A DNA stretch of 64,000 bases from Planctomycetota bacterium. GTDB taxonomy: Bacteria > Planctomycetota > B15-G4 > SIAN01. The translations under genes and the position numbers were made by a program. How positions within the stretch are numbered: position 1 is the stretch's first letter; each line of letters opens with the position of its first letter. Below are positions 24,257-33,567 of the stretch, in pieces. Below the pieces are notes generated by a model. That model worked only from the letters and a program-made list of their open reading frames with translations, did no database searches and was not told the DNA's origin. The stretch is taken from contig JANNXA010000050.1 in assembly GCA_031409275.1 (NCBI GenBank), positions 32,001 to 96,000 on the forward strand, read 5' to 3'.

Positions 24257-25360
24257 GTGTCTGCGCTCACTGTCCGAAGCGGGCTCTCCAACGAGCTCTG
24301 CGCACGACTTGAAGTCGCACTCGCTCACGGCTGCGTCGGCCGCGACGAGCTCGATGGCTGGTTGGCCAGCCTCCATGAGGAACGCTTCGAGAGCGAGCTC
24401 TCAGATCTGGTCGAAGCGCTCGGGACCGTGGCCGTCGCGATGACGGTGCCGAACCTCGACGGTGCACCGCCCCACGGGCTGCCCGGACAGGGCCGCATCT
24501 CGCGGCGCTATCTCAATGAGCTCGACCGCTATCCGACCATGGACCGAGCGCAGGAGGTTGCGGGCGCCAAGCGGCTCGAGTTCGCGCTCGAGCGCTGCGC
24601 CGCTGCCGACTTCCGTCCGCCCTCGATCCGCGCGGCGCGCCGCACCGAGTACCAGCTCGCGTTCAACGAATTCGTCGAGCGCAACCTGCACATCGTCGTG
24701 TCGGAGGTCTACAGCTACCGAACCTACGCGGTCCCGCTCGATGACCTCGTGCAGGAAGGCAACGCGGCGCTGATGCACGCCGTTGAGAAGTTCGATTGGC
24801 GCAAGGGGGTCCGCTTCCGGACCTATGTCGCCTGGTGGATCCGCCAGGCCGTCGAGCGCCACCTCGCCTCGGCAAAGGGCGCCGTCCGCGTTCCCCACCA
24901 CCTGCAACAGAAGCTTCGCCGTCTGAAGCGGCAGGGACGCCTTCCCGGCGGCTTCGATCAATCGACCAGCGTCGCCGACGTTGCCGCCGCGTTCGAGGTC
25001 GACCACGAACAGGCGGGCCACCTCGTCGAGTCGAGCCGCGCCAGCATGTCGCTCGAACAGGAGGTCGACGACGGCGGTGAACGGTTCCGCGACCTGCTCG
25101 CCGCCGATTGGGAGCCGCGCGATTCCGACCGCGACCAGAACCTGAAGAACCGCATCTCCCATCTGCTGACCGAACTCGAGCCGCGCGAGCAGACGGTGCT
25201 GCGACTCCGTTTCGGGCTCGACGGGACGAAGGCGAAGACGTTGGAAGAGATCGGCAGCGCGCTCCACCTGAGCCGCGAACGCAGCCGGCAGATTCAGCAA
25301 GCCGCGCTGATCAAGCTGAGGGCGCGTGCCGGCTCGACTTGCCTCGAAGACGAGATCTAG
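24257..25360 (+). CDS. Sigma70-family RNA polymerase sigma factor (RpoD/RpoS-like alternative sigma)
   Basis: Region 2 DLVQEGN...AVEKFD...FRTYVAWWIRQ and region 4 TLEEIG...SRERSRQI. Confidence 0.92.
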   Translation: MSALTVRSGLSNELCARLEVALAHGCVGRDELDGWLASLHEERFESELSDLVEALGTVAVAMTVPNLDGAPPHGLPGQGRISRRYLNELDRYPTMDRAQEVAGAKRLEFALERCAAADFRPPSIRAARRTEYQLAFNEFVERNLHIVVSEVYSYRTYAVPLDDLVQEGNAALMHAVEKFDWRKGVRFRTYVAWWIRQAVERHLASAKGAVRVPHHLQQKLRRLKRQGRLPGGFDQSTSVADVAAAFEVDHEQAGHLVESSRASMSLEQEVDDGGERFRDLLAADWEPRDSDRDQNLKNRISHLLTELEPREQTVLRLRFGLDGTKAKTLEEIGSALHLSRERSRQIQQAALIKLRARAGSTCLEDEI

Positions 25361-25449
25361 CCTCGACGCCAACGCCCGCCCTCGACTCACCGACGTGCGC
25401 CGGGCATCTTGTCGGCCCCCGCTTCTCGTGGGGCCGGGAGCTGCCAGGC

Positions 25450-26283
25450 GTGCCTCTCACCCAAGTCTCCGCCCGCTTCTTCCTCGAACTGGCGCTTGGC
25501 CTGTTCGTCGCGTTGGCCGTGATCGATCGCAAGGCGATCGGTCCCGGATTTACGCGCCTCATGACGGCGTTCGTGCTCGCGACGCTGATTCCGGCGTGGC
25601 TGCTGGCGCGAGCGGGCGCGACGCCGCCGCCCGCCGCGTGCACCTGGCTCAGCGCGGGGCTGCTTGCCGCGACGCTGCTGCTCCTGGTGGGCGCGGGACG
25701 ATTGGGGCCCCTGATCGAGCGACTCGTGGTCGCGGGCGGCGTCGCAGCCGGCGGCGGCGCGATGTTGCTCGCCGTGCAGCACGGATTGCACCTCGAAGCG
25801 GCGAGTCACTCCGCGCTGCAGCTCGCCTCGAGCGCGGCTTCGATGGCGGTCCTCGGCGGCGTGACGGGCGCCATGATCTTCGGCCACTGGTATCTGGTGA
25901 CGCCCGATCTGCCCGTGGCTCACCTCAGTCGGTTGACGGCTTTCGCCACCGTCGCCGCCTACGTGAAGCTCGGCCTGTTGCTCGCGACGATCGCGCTCTT
26001 CCCCGATCGGTTCGGCGGTGCCGGCCGCTCGCTCCTGGCCATCGTCGGCATCGGCGACGCGGACGGTGCGCCGTTCCAGACTCAGCTCGACTTCCTGTGG
26101 CTCCTGGCACGCATCTTCATCGGCCTGATCGGACCGGCCATCCTCGGCCACATGACGCTCGCCACCCTTCGTCTCAAGGCGACGCAGCCGGCCACCGGCA
26201 TCCTCTACGCCGCGACGGTCATGGTGCTGATGGGCGAGCTCTTCGCTTTCGTCGGCGAGCGCAGCTTCGGCGTCGTGGTCTGA
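25450..26283 (+). CDS. Multi-pass membrane protein of unknown function
   Basis: About 8 hydrophobic segments with GHWYL and QPATGILY motifs. GTG start after GGAG. Confidence 0.8.
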   Translation: MPLTQVSARFFLELALGLFVALAVIDRKAIGPGFTRLMTAFVLATLIPAWLLARAGATPPPAACTWLSAGLLAATLLLLVGAGRLGPLIERLVVAGGVAAGGGAMLLAVQHGLHLEAASHSALQLASSAASMAVLGGVTGAMIFGHWYLVTPDLPVAHLSRLTAFATVAAYVKLGLLLATIALFPDRFGGAGRSLLAIVGIGDADGAPFQTQLDFLWLLARIFIGLIGPAILGHMTLATLRLKATQPATGILYAATVMVLMGELFAFVGERSFGVVV

Positions 26284-26299
26284 ACGGAGGCGCGCGTCG

Positions 26300-26803
26300 A
26301 TGGCGGCCACGGTCTCCTTCCCCTGCCCGAAGTGCCAGGCGCCGATCGAGCGGCCATTGCCCGATCCCGCCCCTACGCCGTGCGCTGGATGCGGCCACGC
26401 GATCGAGCTCCATCGCGAAGCGATCGTCGACGACGCGGTCCACGCCTGTCCGGCGTGCGGCGAACCGCTGCTCTACAAGCAGAAGGATTTCCGCCAGGCG
26501 ATCGGCTGCCTCGTCGTCGTGGTCGCGGCGATCCTCGCGCCCTTCACCTACTACGTGAGCCTCGGCGTCGCGGCGCTGATCGACCTCGCGCTCTATCGGC
26601 TCTCGGACGAGGTCGTCATCTGCTACCGCATCCCGTGCAAGGCGCACGTACGCGGCATCGCGGCGGGCAGCAAGGTGGGCGCCTTCGACCTGTCGATCCA
26701 CGACTACTACCGCATGCTGGCACGCCGCGCCGAGCAGGGCCTTGCGGGGCCCGACGACGCCACCGGCCCGCCGCTCGACGCCGCCTCGCACCACCGCCAC
26801 TGA
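26300..26803 (+). CDS. Small membrane protein with Zn-ribbon-like CxxC pairs
   Basis: GGAGG RBS, CPKC, CAGC, CPAC, a 2-TM hairpin and CYRIPC. Confidence 0.82.
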   Translation: MAATVSFPCPKCQAPIERPLPDPAPTPCAGCGHAIELHREAIVDDAVHACPACGEPLLYKQKDFRQAIGCLVVVVAAILAPFTYYVSLGVAALIDLALYRLSDEVVICYRIPCKAHVRGIAAGSKVGAFDLSIHDYYRMLARRAEQGLAGPDDATGPPLDAASHHRH

Positions 26804-26918
26804 CCCATCGTCGCGGTTCCGTTCCGTGGCGGGCGGCAGAGCCGATCGGTCGCCGATACCATTCCGCGGCACCGCGAGCGGCACACCGCCGCCGCCTTCC
26901 GCTCGGAGCTGCTCTCGC

Positions 26919-27986
26919 ATGCGATCGTCGGGCCTTGCCGAGGAACTCGTCCGCCACCACGCCGTGATCGATGCCGGCGCCCCGCTTCCGAAAGTGCTCC
27001 ACTTCGGAAACCCCGCCGCCGAAGCGCGCGCCGCGTTCGCGCACGGCGTCGTTCGCGATCAGTCGGCGCGTGCGCGCCTGCTGGTGCGCGGCAAGGATCG
27101 CCACGACTTCGTGCAGCGCATGTGCACCAACGACGTGAAACGCGTGACCGACGGCGTCGGCATCGCCGCCGCGTTCACGAATGCGAAGGGGCGCCTCCTC
27201 GACCTCGTGCGGATCGGCGAGCGCGGCGAAGAGCTGCTGCTGCTCGGCAGCGACGGTCAGGCGGCACCCTTCAAGCTGTGGCTCGAGAAGCACGTCGTGA
27301 TGGAGGAGCTCGCCATCGAGGACGCCGCCGATCGCGACGCCTCGCTGATGGCGTTCGGGCCGCAGGCCGAGGCCGCGGTGACCAGCGTGCTGGGATCGGT
27401 GCCGGCGCACGTCGAAGGCGCGTTCCGCGTCCTTCATCGGCCCTTCGAAGGAGCCGAGGTGATGGTGCTCGGCGCCGGTGCGCCGCCGCTCCAGACGATC
27501 GAACTGATCGCGCCGGCGGCGATCGCCGGAAAGCTCTTCGCGCGTCTCGTCGCGGCGGGACTCGCGCCGATGGGCGAAGAGGCGTGGAGCCAGGTGCGGA
27601 TCGAGGCCGGCATCCCGCTGCACGGGCGTGAGATCCAGGAGAACGCCAATCCGCTCGAAGCCGCGCTGCTTGGCGCCGTCTCGTTCCAGAAGGGGTGCTA
27701 CATCGGCCAGGAGGTCGTTGCGCGCCTCAACAGCTACGCCAAGGTGCAGCGCCACCTCGTGGGAGTGCGCTTCCCGGAGAGCGTCGACCCCGCCTCGGTG
27801 AACGAGATCTTCTGGGACCTGCTTCGAATCGGCAACGCGACCAGCGCCACGCGCTCGCCACGCCTCGGTGCGACGGTCGCACTGGCCTTCGTGAAGAGCG
27901 AGTATTCGAAGCCGGGGACGCCGGTCTACACCGTCCGCGCCGGCGAGCACCTGCCAGGCACGCTATGCGAGGTACCGTTTCACTGA
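26919..27986 (+). CDS. ygfZ: YgfZ/GcvT-family folate-binding protein
   Basis: Signature KGCYIGQE, plus GKDRHDFVQ and RIEAG. Confidence 0.9.
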   Translation: MRSSGLAEELVRHHAVIDAGAPLPKVLHFGNPAAEARAAFAHGVVRDQSARARLLVRGKDRHDFVQRMCTNDVKRVTDGVGIAAAFTNAKGRLLDLVRIGERGEELLLLGSDGQAAPFKLWLEKHVVMEELAIEDAADRDASLMAFGPQAEAAVTSVLGSVPAHVEGAFRVLHRPFEGAEVMVLGAGAPPLQTIELIAPAAIAGKLFARLVAAGLAPMGEEAWSQVRIEAGIPLHGREIQENANPLEAALLGAVSFQKGCYIGQEVVARLNSYAKVQRHLVGVRFPESVDPASVNEIFWDLLRIGNATSATRSPRLGATVALAFVKSEYSKPGTPVYTVRAGEHLPGTLCEVPFH

Positions 27987-28015
27987 GCGCCGCGCGCGCT
28001 CCGAAGGAGTTCCCC

Positions 28016-28888
28016 GTGCCTCGTCGCCAGGTCATCGCGAGTTGGATCCTGGGCAGCTGGTGCGCCGCCATGCCGATTGGCGTCGGCGCAACGGGTCATG
28101 GGGGCGCGCACGGCGGTCCGCACGGTGGGCCGCACGGCGGTCCGCAAGATGGCGGCGCACCGCCGCATCGCGGAGGGGAAGGTCCAGAACGGCGCGAGAA
28201 GCACGACGCCGCGCCCGCCGCCCGTTTCGTGGTCGACAGCGGAAGCGACGCCGCCCGGCGACTGCGCGAGTCGGAGAAGGGGCTCACCCAGCGCGAGCCG
28301 CGCCTGCGCGCCGAAGCGCTCGTCCCGTTCCTGACGCATCGTCACGAGTCGTACGTGAAGCGTCTCGTCGCGCTGCTCAAGGATCCGAGTGAAGAGGTCG
28401 CCGTGCAGGCGGCGCGCGCGCTGGCAAATCAGCCCTTCGAAAGCTGCACCGAAGAGTTGCTCGACTTCGTGACCCACGAGAAGAACCTCGCGGCTCGCGG
28501 CGCCGCGGTCGCCGCCGCAACGCGCACGCTCGGCACCATCGGTTTCGGGAAGAAGGGCTTCGATCGACTGCGTGCCGCGTTCGAGGTTGGCGAGGGCGAC
28601 GTGAAGGTGGCGATCTGCCAGACCTTCACGCAGCAGAAGGAGAAGCGCGCCTTCTCCTTCTTCGTCGACCGCCTCGACGCGCCGGCGCCCGAGAACCCCG
28701 ACTCGGCGAGCAACCCACCGGAGGCGTACTGGCGCGCGCGTCACGAAGAGTGGACGACCTACAAGCAGCACGTCTCGAAAGGGCTGCGCGAGCTCACCGG
28801 CGAGAAGTTCACCACCGCGGCGCAGTGGCGCGAGTGGGCCGCAGGCCCCGGCAAGAAGCTCGGCTTCACCTACTCCAAAGGGTCGTAG
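28016..28888 (+). CDS. Probable exported HEAT-repeat protein with His-Gly repeats
   Basis: AAGGAG RBS and GTG start, (HGGx)4, and HEAT-like LLKDPSEEVAVQAARALA. Confidence 0.75.
   Translation: MPRRQVIASWILGSWCAAMPIGVGATGHGGAHGGPHGGPHGGPQDGGAPPHRGGEGPERREKHDAAPAARFVVDSGSDAARRLRESEKGLTQREPRLRAEALVPFLTHRHESYVKRLVALLKDPSEEVAVQAARALANQPFESCTEELLDFVTHEKNLAARGAAVAAATRTLGTIGFGKKGFDRLRAAFEVGEGDVKVAICQTFTQQKEKRAFSFFVDRLDAPAPENPDSASNPPEAYWRARHEEWTTYKQHVSKGLRELTGEKFTTAAQWREWAAGPGKKLGFTYSKGS
28097..28144 (+). repeat. Four imperfect 12-bp coding tandem repeats (HGGA/HGGP)
   Basis: catgggggcgcg cacggcggtccg cacggtgggccg cacggcggtccg. Confidence 0.8.
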
Positions 28889-29331
28889 TCGTCCCCCGCG
28901 CCAGCACGCGGCGGACCGCCGCCGCGAGTTCGCTTCGCGCCGCCGCGGCGCTTCTTGCTGGCGATGCGCCGCTCCTGCGATCCGCGCGTCGGCTTGGTGG
29001 CCTTGCGCGCCTTCTTCGGGATCAGCGCCGCGCGCAGCATCTCGCCGAGCCGCGCGATCGCCGCGGCGAGGTTCTGGCCACGCTCGCGATGGCGCTCGCT
29101 GGCGACGATCAGCACGCCGTCCTTGGTGAGGCGAGTGGCCAGCACCTCGAGCAAGCGCGGCCGCACCCACTCGGGCAACGCGGGAGTGCGCACGAGATCG
29201 AGGCGCACCGTCGCCTTCGTCTCCACCTTGTTGACGTTTTGCCCACCGGGCCCACCCGAGCGGCTGTAGCGGATCTCCAAGGCGCGCACCGGCAGCCGCA
29301 CGCCGAATCCGAGGTCGAGGTCGTCCATCAT
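28870..29331 (-). CDS. arfB: Alternative ribosome rescue factor ArfB (peptidyl-tRNA hydrolase)
   Basis: SGGPGGQNVNK and a basic tail (RKATKPTRGSQERRIASKKRRG). Confidence 0.93.
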   Translation of the reverse strand: MMDDLDLGFGVRLPVRALEIRYSRSGGPGGQNVNKVETKATVRLDLVRTPALPEWVRPRLLEVLATRLTKDGVLIVASERHRERGQNLAAAIARLGEMLRAALIPKKARKATKPTRGSQERRIASKKRRGGAKRTRGGGPPRAGAGDDYDPLE

Positions 29332-29921
29332 CGAGTGAGATCCTCCGGTCGGTCGAAGTCGTCCACCACCATTCGATCGTCCACCGTCACGTCGAGCACG
29401 CGTGACGGATCGCGTCGAACGACCTGGTGGCCGGGCGCGTCCACGGCGAGAGCACGGAACTCGGCCGCCGCAACGGCGCTGGCGAACAGCGGATGGCCGC
29501 GCCGCCCACCGTAGCGCGGAACGACCAACTCCATGCCCGGCGGGCGCGCGCGAAAGGCCGCATGCAACGTCGCGAGCGTCGCGCCGCTGACGCGCGCATG
29601 GTCGACCGGCCACAACACCAACGGAGCCGCGATCGGCAGCGCCGCCGCACCGCAACGCATCGAACTCGACATGCCGCGTTGCGGATCGGGGTTGTCGACG
29701 ACTTCCACCGCGCGCAGATCGACTGCGGCGCGCACGCGATCGCCGTCATGACCGAGCACCACGACGACGTGCAGCGACTCCTCGCGCGCGAGGCGGATCA
29801 CGCGTGCGAGCGCGTGTTCGCCAGCGAGATCGATCAGCGATTTCGGCGAGCCCATGCGACTCGAGCGACCCGCTGCAAGCACGACGACGATCGGGGAAGT
29901 TGCGTCCATCGTTGGGTCCAC
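29328..29921 (-). CDS. MobA/MocA-like nucleotidyltransferase
   Basis: VLAAGRSSRMG.PK, GMSSS, PVD, GHP and DFDRPED. Confidence 0.88.
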   Translation of the reverse strand: MDPTMDATSPIVVVLAAGRSSRMGSPKSLIDLAGEHALARVIRLAREESLHVVVVLGHDGDRVRAAVDLRAVEVVDNPDPQRGMSSSMRCGAAALPIAAPLVLWPVDHARVSGATLATLHAAFRARPPGMELVVPRYGGRRGHPLFASAVAAAEFRALAVDAPGHQVVRRDPSRVLDVTVDDRMVVDDFDRPEDLTR

Positions 29922-29956
29922 GCTCCGTACATCGACCGCTTCGCGTTACAATCCCG

Positions 29957-30105
29957 CGCCTCGGTCGAACCGCTGCTCGCGCCGCGTCGTCTCATTCCTG
30001 ACGAGCCGACCTGACCTCGGCGCGAGAAGCGAGGCGCCCCTGCCCGCAGGGAGGCATCCGTCCGGTGAGCGCGCGTCCGTGCGCGACTCGGTCGGGTGCC
30101 TCCCT
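29957..30105 (+). ncRNA. Candidate structured intergenic RNA, unidentified
   Basis: TACAAT at 29947-29952 points into a region with no + strand gene. Stems pair 29957-63 with 30030-36, 29976-84 with 30018-26, and 30048-60 with 30093-105. Confidence 0.3.
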
Positions 30106-30712
30106 AAGGGTTTCTAGCGCGTCTTCGCCACCGGATCGCCCATTCCAGCACGTTCGCCGCGAGTCGCTCGCCGCGCGGCGAACCGACCGACACGGGATGG
30201 AACTGCACCGCGCACGCGTCGCCATCCACCCGCTCGATCGCCATCACGTCATGCTCGGCGGTCGTCGCCACCACGCGCAAGGTCGATGGCAGCGACCCGC
30301 GCTCGGCGACCAGCGAGTGGTAGCGCATCATCGAAACCGGGCTTGGCAGTCCGGAAAAAAGAAAATGGCCGTCGTGCAAGATCGGCCACGTGCGACCGTG
30401 TCGCGGCGTCGTGCGCACGACGCGGCCGCCCGCTTCGACCACCATCAACTGCAGGCCGAAGCAGACGCCGAACAACGGCGCGCGGCCGCGCAGCGCACCG
30501 ATGGCGGCGAGCGAGCGGCCCGCATCGATCGACAGCTCGGGATGACCCGGACCGGGCCCGAGCACCACGAGGTCGGGTGGCGCAGCGACCAGACCGGCGA
30601 CATCGAGCGTCGCGCTCTGCACCACCTCGGGCAGAACCCCCGTCAGCGCGCCGAACTGGTGGGCGAGGTTGAACGTGAACGAGTCGAGGTGGTCGACCAG
30701 GACGATCCTCAC
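30104..30712 (-). CDS. pabA: Class I glutamine amidotransferase (PabA/TrpG)
   Basis: DHLDSFTFNL, GPGPGHP, GVCFG, RYHSL and QFHP(V)S. Confidence 0.85.
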   Translation of the reverse strand: MRIVLVDHLDSFTFNLAHQFGALTGVLPEVVQSATLDVAGLVAAPPDLVVLGPGPGHPELSIDAGRSLAAIGALRGRAPLFGVCFGLQLMVVEAGGRVVRTTPRHGRTWPILHDGHFLFSGLPSPVSMMRYHSLVAERGSLPSTLRVVATTAEHDVMAIERVDGDACAVQFHPVSVGSPRGERLAANVLEWAIRWRRRARNP

Positions 30713-32142
30713 GGTGCAGCTCGCGTCGACGCGGGGTCCGTCCCGGTGTCAGCGGCCGCCGCCAGCGCGCGCAGCAGCGGCTCCGCCTTGGCGCGGCTCT
30801 CCGCCCACTCTTCGTCCGGTTGCGAGTCCCAGACGAGACCGCCGCCGACCTGGACGCGCGCCTTTCCGTGGGCGCACAGCGCCGTGCGAATCACGACCGA
30901 CCAGTCGCAGCGGCCGTCGACCGCGAGGTAGCCGAGGATCCCGGAATAGGGGCCGCGCGGCTCCGCCTCGAGGAGGCGCAACTGCTCGATCGCGCGCACC
31001 TTCGGCGCGCCCGTCATCGAGCCGGGCGGGAACGCCGCGGCCAGCAGGTCGGCGACGCTCTTGCCGTCGGCGAGCTCTGCTTCGAGCACCGAGACCATCT
31101 GCAGCAAGGTGGCGTGCTCCTCGACCAGCGCCGGCTGCGCGGCGCGCACGCTCCCGAGCGCCGCCACGCGACCGAGGTCGTTGCGCAGGAGATCGGCGAT
31201 CATCAGGTTCTCGGCCAGCGCTTTCTGGGAGTTCGCCAGTTCGAGCGTGGCGGCCGCGCGCGCGACCGCTCCGGCCGGTTTCGCGGCGGTTCCCTTCATC
31301 GGCCGCGCCTCGATTCGACCGCCGCGCTCGACGCGGACGAAGCGCTCGGGCGAGCAGGAGACGAGCGTCACCGCGCCATCCTCGAAGTAGGCCGAGAACG
31401 GGGCCTTGTGATCGCGCCTCAGCCGCAGCCACAGCGCGAACGGATCGCCCGCGAGTTCGCGCCGCAGTGGATAGGTGAAGCAGAGCTGGTAGCTGTCGCC
31501 GGCCGCCAGCGCGCACCGCGCCTGCGCGAACGAGCGCGAGTAGTCGGCCAGCGAAAGGTCGCCCTCGACGAACGGCTCGCGCTGCGCCGCGTGCGCGCGC
31601 GACGGTTCCGGCGGCTCGCTCACCGGCGGCTCCGCGACCAGCTCGGCCATCAGCTCGGACGCAAGCGCGTCGTCGCGTGCCCACAACTCGGGCGCCCCGC
31701 CCGCTTCGCGCCAGCGCACCACCACATCGGTCAGCACGAAGGCGCCGTCGACGAACGGCGCCAACCGCGCCAGCGAAGGCGGCGCGAGGCACTCGTATCC
31801 GAAGTATCCGTAGGCGCCCAGTGGCGGCGCGTCGGCCGCGAGGCTCTCTCCGCACGCAAGCGCGGCGACGCAGCGCTCGAGCGCATGGAACGGAGTGGGC
31901 GCCGCCGCAAGCGCTTCGGCCGACGGGAAGTCGGGCGCGGCGCGCAGTCGCCTGCACTCGATGGCCCCCCGCTCGACCTGCCATCGCGCGAGCGGGACGC
32001 CCGCCACCAGCGTCTGCGTCCCGTGCGCGGCGCTTGGCACCCCCGTCTCGAGCGCCACCACCGGTCCGCGCCGGCGCCATGCCGCCACCACGACGGGCGG
32101 CGTGCAACGCACGGGCAGGAGATGGGGCCGCCATGGCGTCAT
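30709..32142 (-). CDS. pabB: Chorismate-binding enzyme (PabB/TrpE component I)
   Basis: GDSYQ, SPERF, PMKGT, ENLMIADLLRNDL, FPPGSMTGAPK and VIRT. Start placed at ATG 32142. Confidence 0.85.
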   Translation of the reverse strand: MTPWRPHLLPVRCTPPVVVAAWRRRGPVVALETGVPSAAHGTQTLVAGVPLARWQVERGAIECRRLRAAPDFPSAEALAAAPTPFHALERCVAALACGESLAADAPPLGAYGYFGYECLAPPSLARLAPFVDGAFVLTDVVVRWREAGGAPELWARDDALASELMAELVAEPPVSEPPEPSRAHAAQREPFVEGDLSLADYSRSFAQARCALAAGDSYQLCFTYPLRRELAGDPFALWLRLRRDHKAPFSAYFEDGAVTLVSCSPERFVRVERGGRIEARPMKGTAAKPAGAVARAAATLELANSQKALAENLMIADLLRNDLGRVAALGSVRAAQPALVEEHATLLQMVSVLEAELADGKSVADLLAAAFPPGSMTGAPKVRAIEQLRLLEAEPRGPYSGILGYLAVDGRCDWSVVIRTALCAHGKARVQVGGGLVWDSQPDEEWAESRAKAEPLLRALAAAADTGTDPASTRAAP

Positions 32143-32242
32143 CGCAGCGGCGATGGTAGCGCCGGGCCCGAGGGCCTTGCCGAGCGCCAGCGCGGCGGCG
32201 AGCATCGCCTCCGTCTCATCCGCCTGCGCGACGGAGCCGTCG

Positions 32243-33382
32243 ATGGCCGCTTGCCGCGTCGTTCCTTGCTGGTCCGCGCCGCTCCTGCTGCTCGTCACGG
32301 CGTTCGCGCCGAGCGCGCCGCGCGACGGCGAGTCCGCGCTGGCAAGCATGAAGGAGCGGACGGCAAAGCTCGAGCGAGTGCATCTCCTGGTGCGCAACGA
32401 GACCCAGATCGGCGACGCGGCGGCGACGGTTCGCTACCTCGAGAGCGTCATCGACGTGCGCGCCGGTCAGGTCCGCACGCTGGTGCGCGACTTCGGCCGC
32501 GCGACGCCGCACCTGCTCTGCGTCTACGCGGACGGCGTGCTGCGGGTGAAGCAGCTCGAGTGCGGACAGGTGGCCGAGCAGCTCCGCACCTTCTCGCTGG
32601 CGGACGCACTCAGCGTCACCACCGCCGGCGAACTCGCGGTCGCCGCGTTTGCTGGACTGCCTCCCAGCGTCGGGGGCGCGATCGGCAAGGCGAGCCTGGC
32701 CGAGGTCGGCGAGACGGTCGCCGGGGTCGGCTGCACGCGGGTCGGACTGCCCGCGAAGGGGAGCGCCGACCTCTGGATCGGCGACGGAGACGGCTTCCCG
32801 CGCCGACTGCGCGCGCAGATCGGATCGCTGCGCCTCGAGGAGGAGGTGATCGAGATCGACCTCGCCAGCGATCTTCGTCGCGTCGACTTCTCGATCGTCG
32901 TCCCGCAAGGGCGGCGACTGCTCGACCTCGCGCAGGCGCGCCGTGACTGGGCTGCGCTCTCGCCCGAAGCGGACCGCTGGCCGAAGCCCGGCGAGGACTC
33001 GCCTGATTTCGCCGGCGCCGACCTCGACGGCGCGGTGCGGCTCCTTTCCGAGACCAGCGAGCGTGACGTCGTGCTGGCGTTCTGGAACCCGGAGGTCAGC
33101 GCCTCGGTCGATCAGGCGGGCACGCTCGAAGCGGCCTGGCGGGAGCGCACGCGCAAGGAGCTTCTCTTCTGGCATGTGGCGGCCGGCCGCGGCGCAGCGA
33201 CCGTTCGCGCTGCCGTCGCACGCAGCTCGCTGCGCGAGACGGTGGTGATCGCGGGCGAGCATGCCCAGAACGCGTTCCAGCAATTCTCGATCTGGCGCTG
33301 CCCGGTCTTCGTGCACATCACCGACATGCAGGTGGTCGCGATCAGCGACGACCTGGCGGTGGCGAAACGGTGGCTGCGCTGA
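32243..33382 (+). CDS. Exported protein with a C-terminal thioredoxin/TlpA-like domain lacking CxxC
   Basis: GGAG plus ATG 32243, a signal-like segment, and PGEDSPDFAGADLDG...VVLAFW...CPVFV. Confidence 0.7.
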   Translation: MAACRVVPCWSAPLLLLVTAFAPSAPRDGESALASMKERTAKLERVHLLVRNETQIGDAAATVRYLESVIDVRAGQVRTLVRDFGRATPHLLCVYADGVLRVKQLECGQVAEQLRTFSLADALSVTTAGELAVAAFAGLPPSVGGAIGKASLAEVGETVAGVGCTRVGLPAKGSADLWIGDGDGFPRRLRAQIGSLRLEEEVIEIDLASDLRRVDFSIVVPQGRRLLDLAQARRDWAALSPEADRWPKPGEDSPDFAGADLDGAVRLLSETSERDVVLAFWNPEVSASVDQAGTLEAAWRERTRKELLFWHVAAGRGAATVRAAVARSSLRETVVIAGEHAQNAFQQFSIWRCPVFVHITDMQVVAISDDLAVAKRWLR

Positions 33383-33546
33383 GAGCCGATCCCGGCAGGT
33401 TCTCGGTCACCGTGCTTGCGGCGACCCCGCATCTGCTTCGTTGCGCCTCCTCACCGAATCTCTTCACCGATTCGCCTCGTCGGCGCGCCTCGCATCCGCT
33501 GGGTCGGCGCGGCGCCCGGCTCGGTCGCACCTACCGAGATCGGCTC
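33383..33546. mobile_element. MITE-like palindromic element with TGA direct repeats
   Basis: Imperfect TIRs GAGCCGATCCCGGCAGGT / ACCTACCGAGATCGGCTC, flanked by TGA at 33380-82 and 33547-49. Non-coding and internally self-complementary. Confidence 0.7.
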
Positions 33547-33567
33547 TGAGCGGTACGCCCGCCGCGC

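Noticed and set aside
30048..30105. Possible tRNA-Sec (selC), suggested by TCCGGTGAG and a long closing stem
   Set aside because: No TCA anticodon loop, no TTCRA T-loop, and too short.
32143..32397. Longer N-termini given by the ORF track for pabB and the opposing + strand gene
   Set aside because: They would overlap head-to-head. The starts at 32142 and 32243 have -10 or RBS support.
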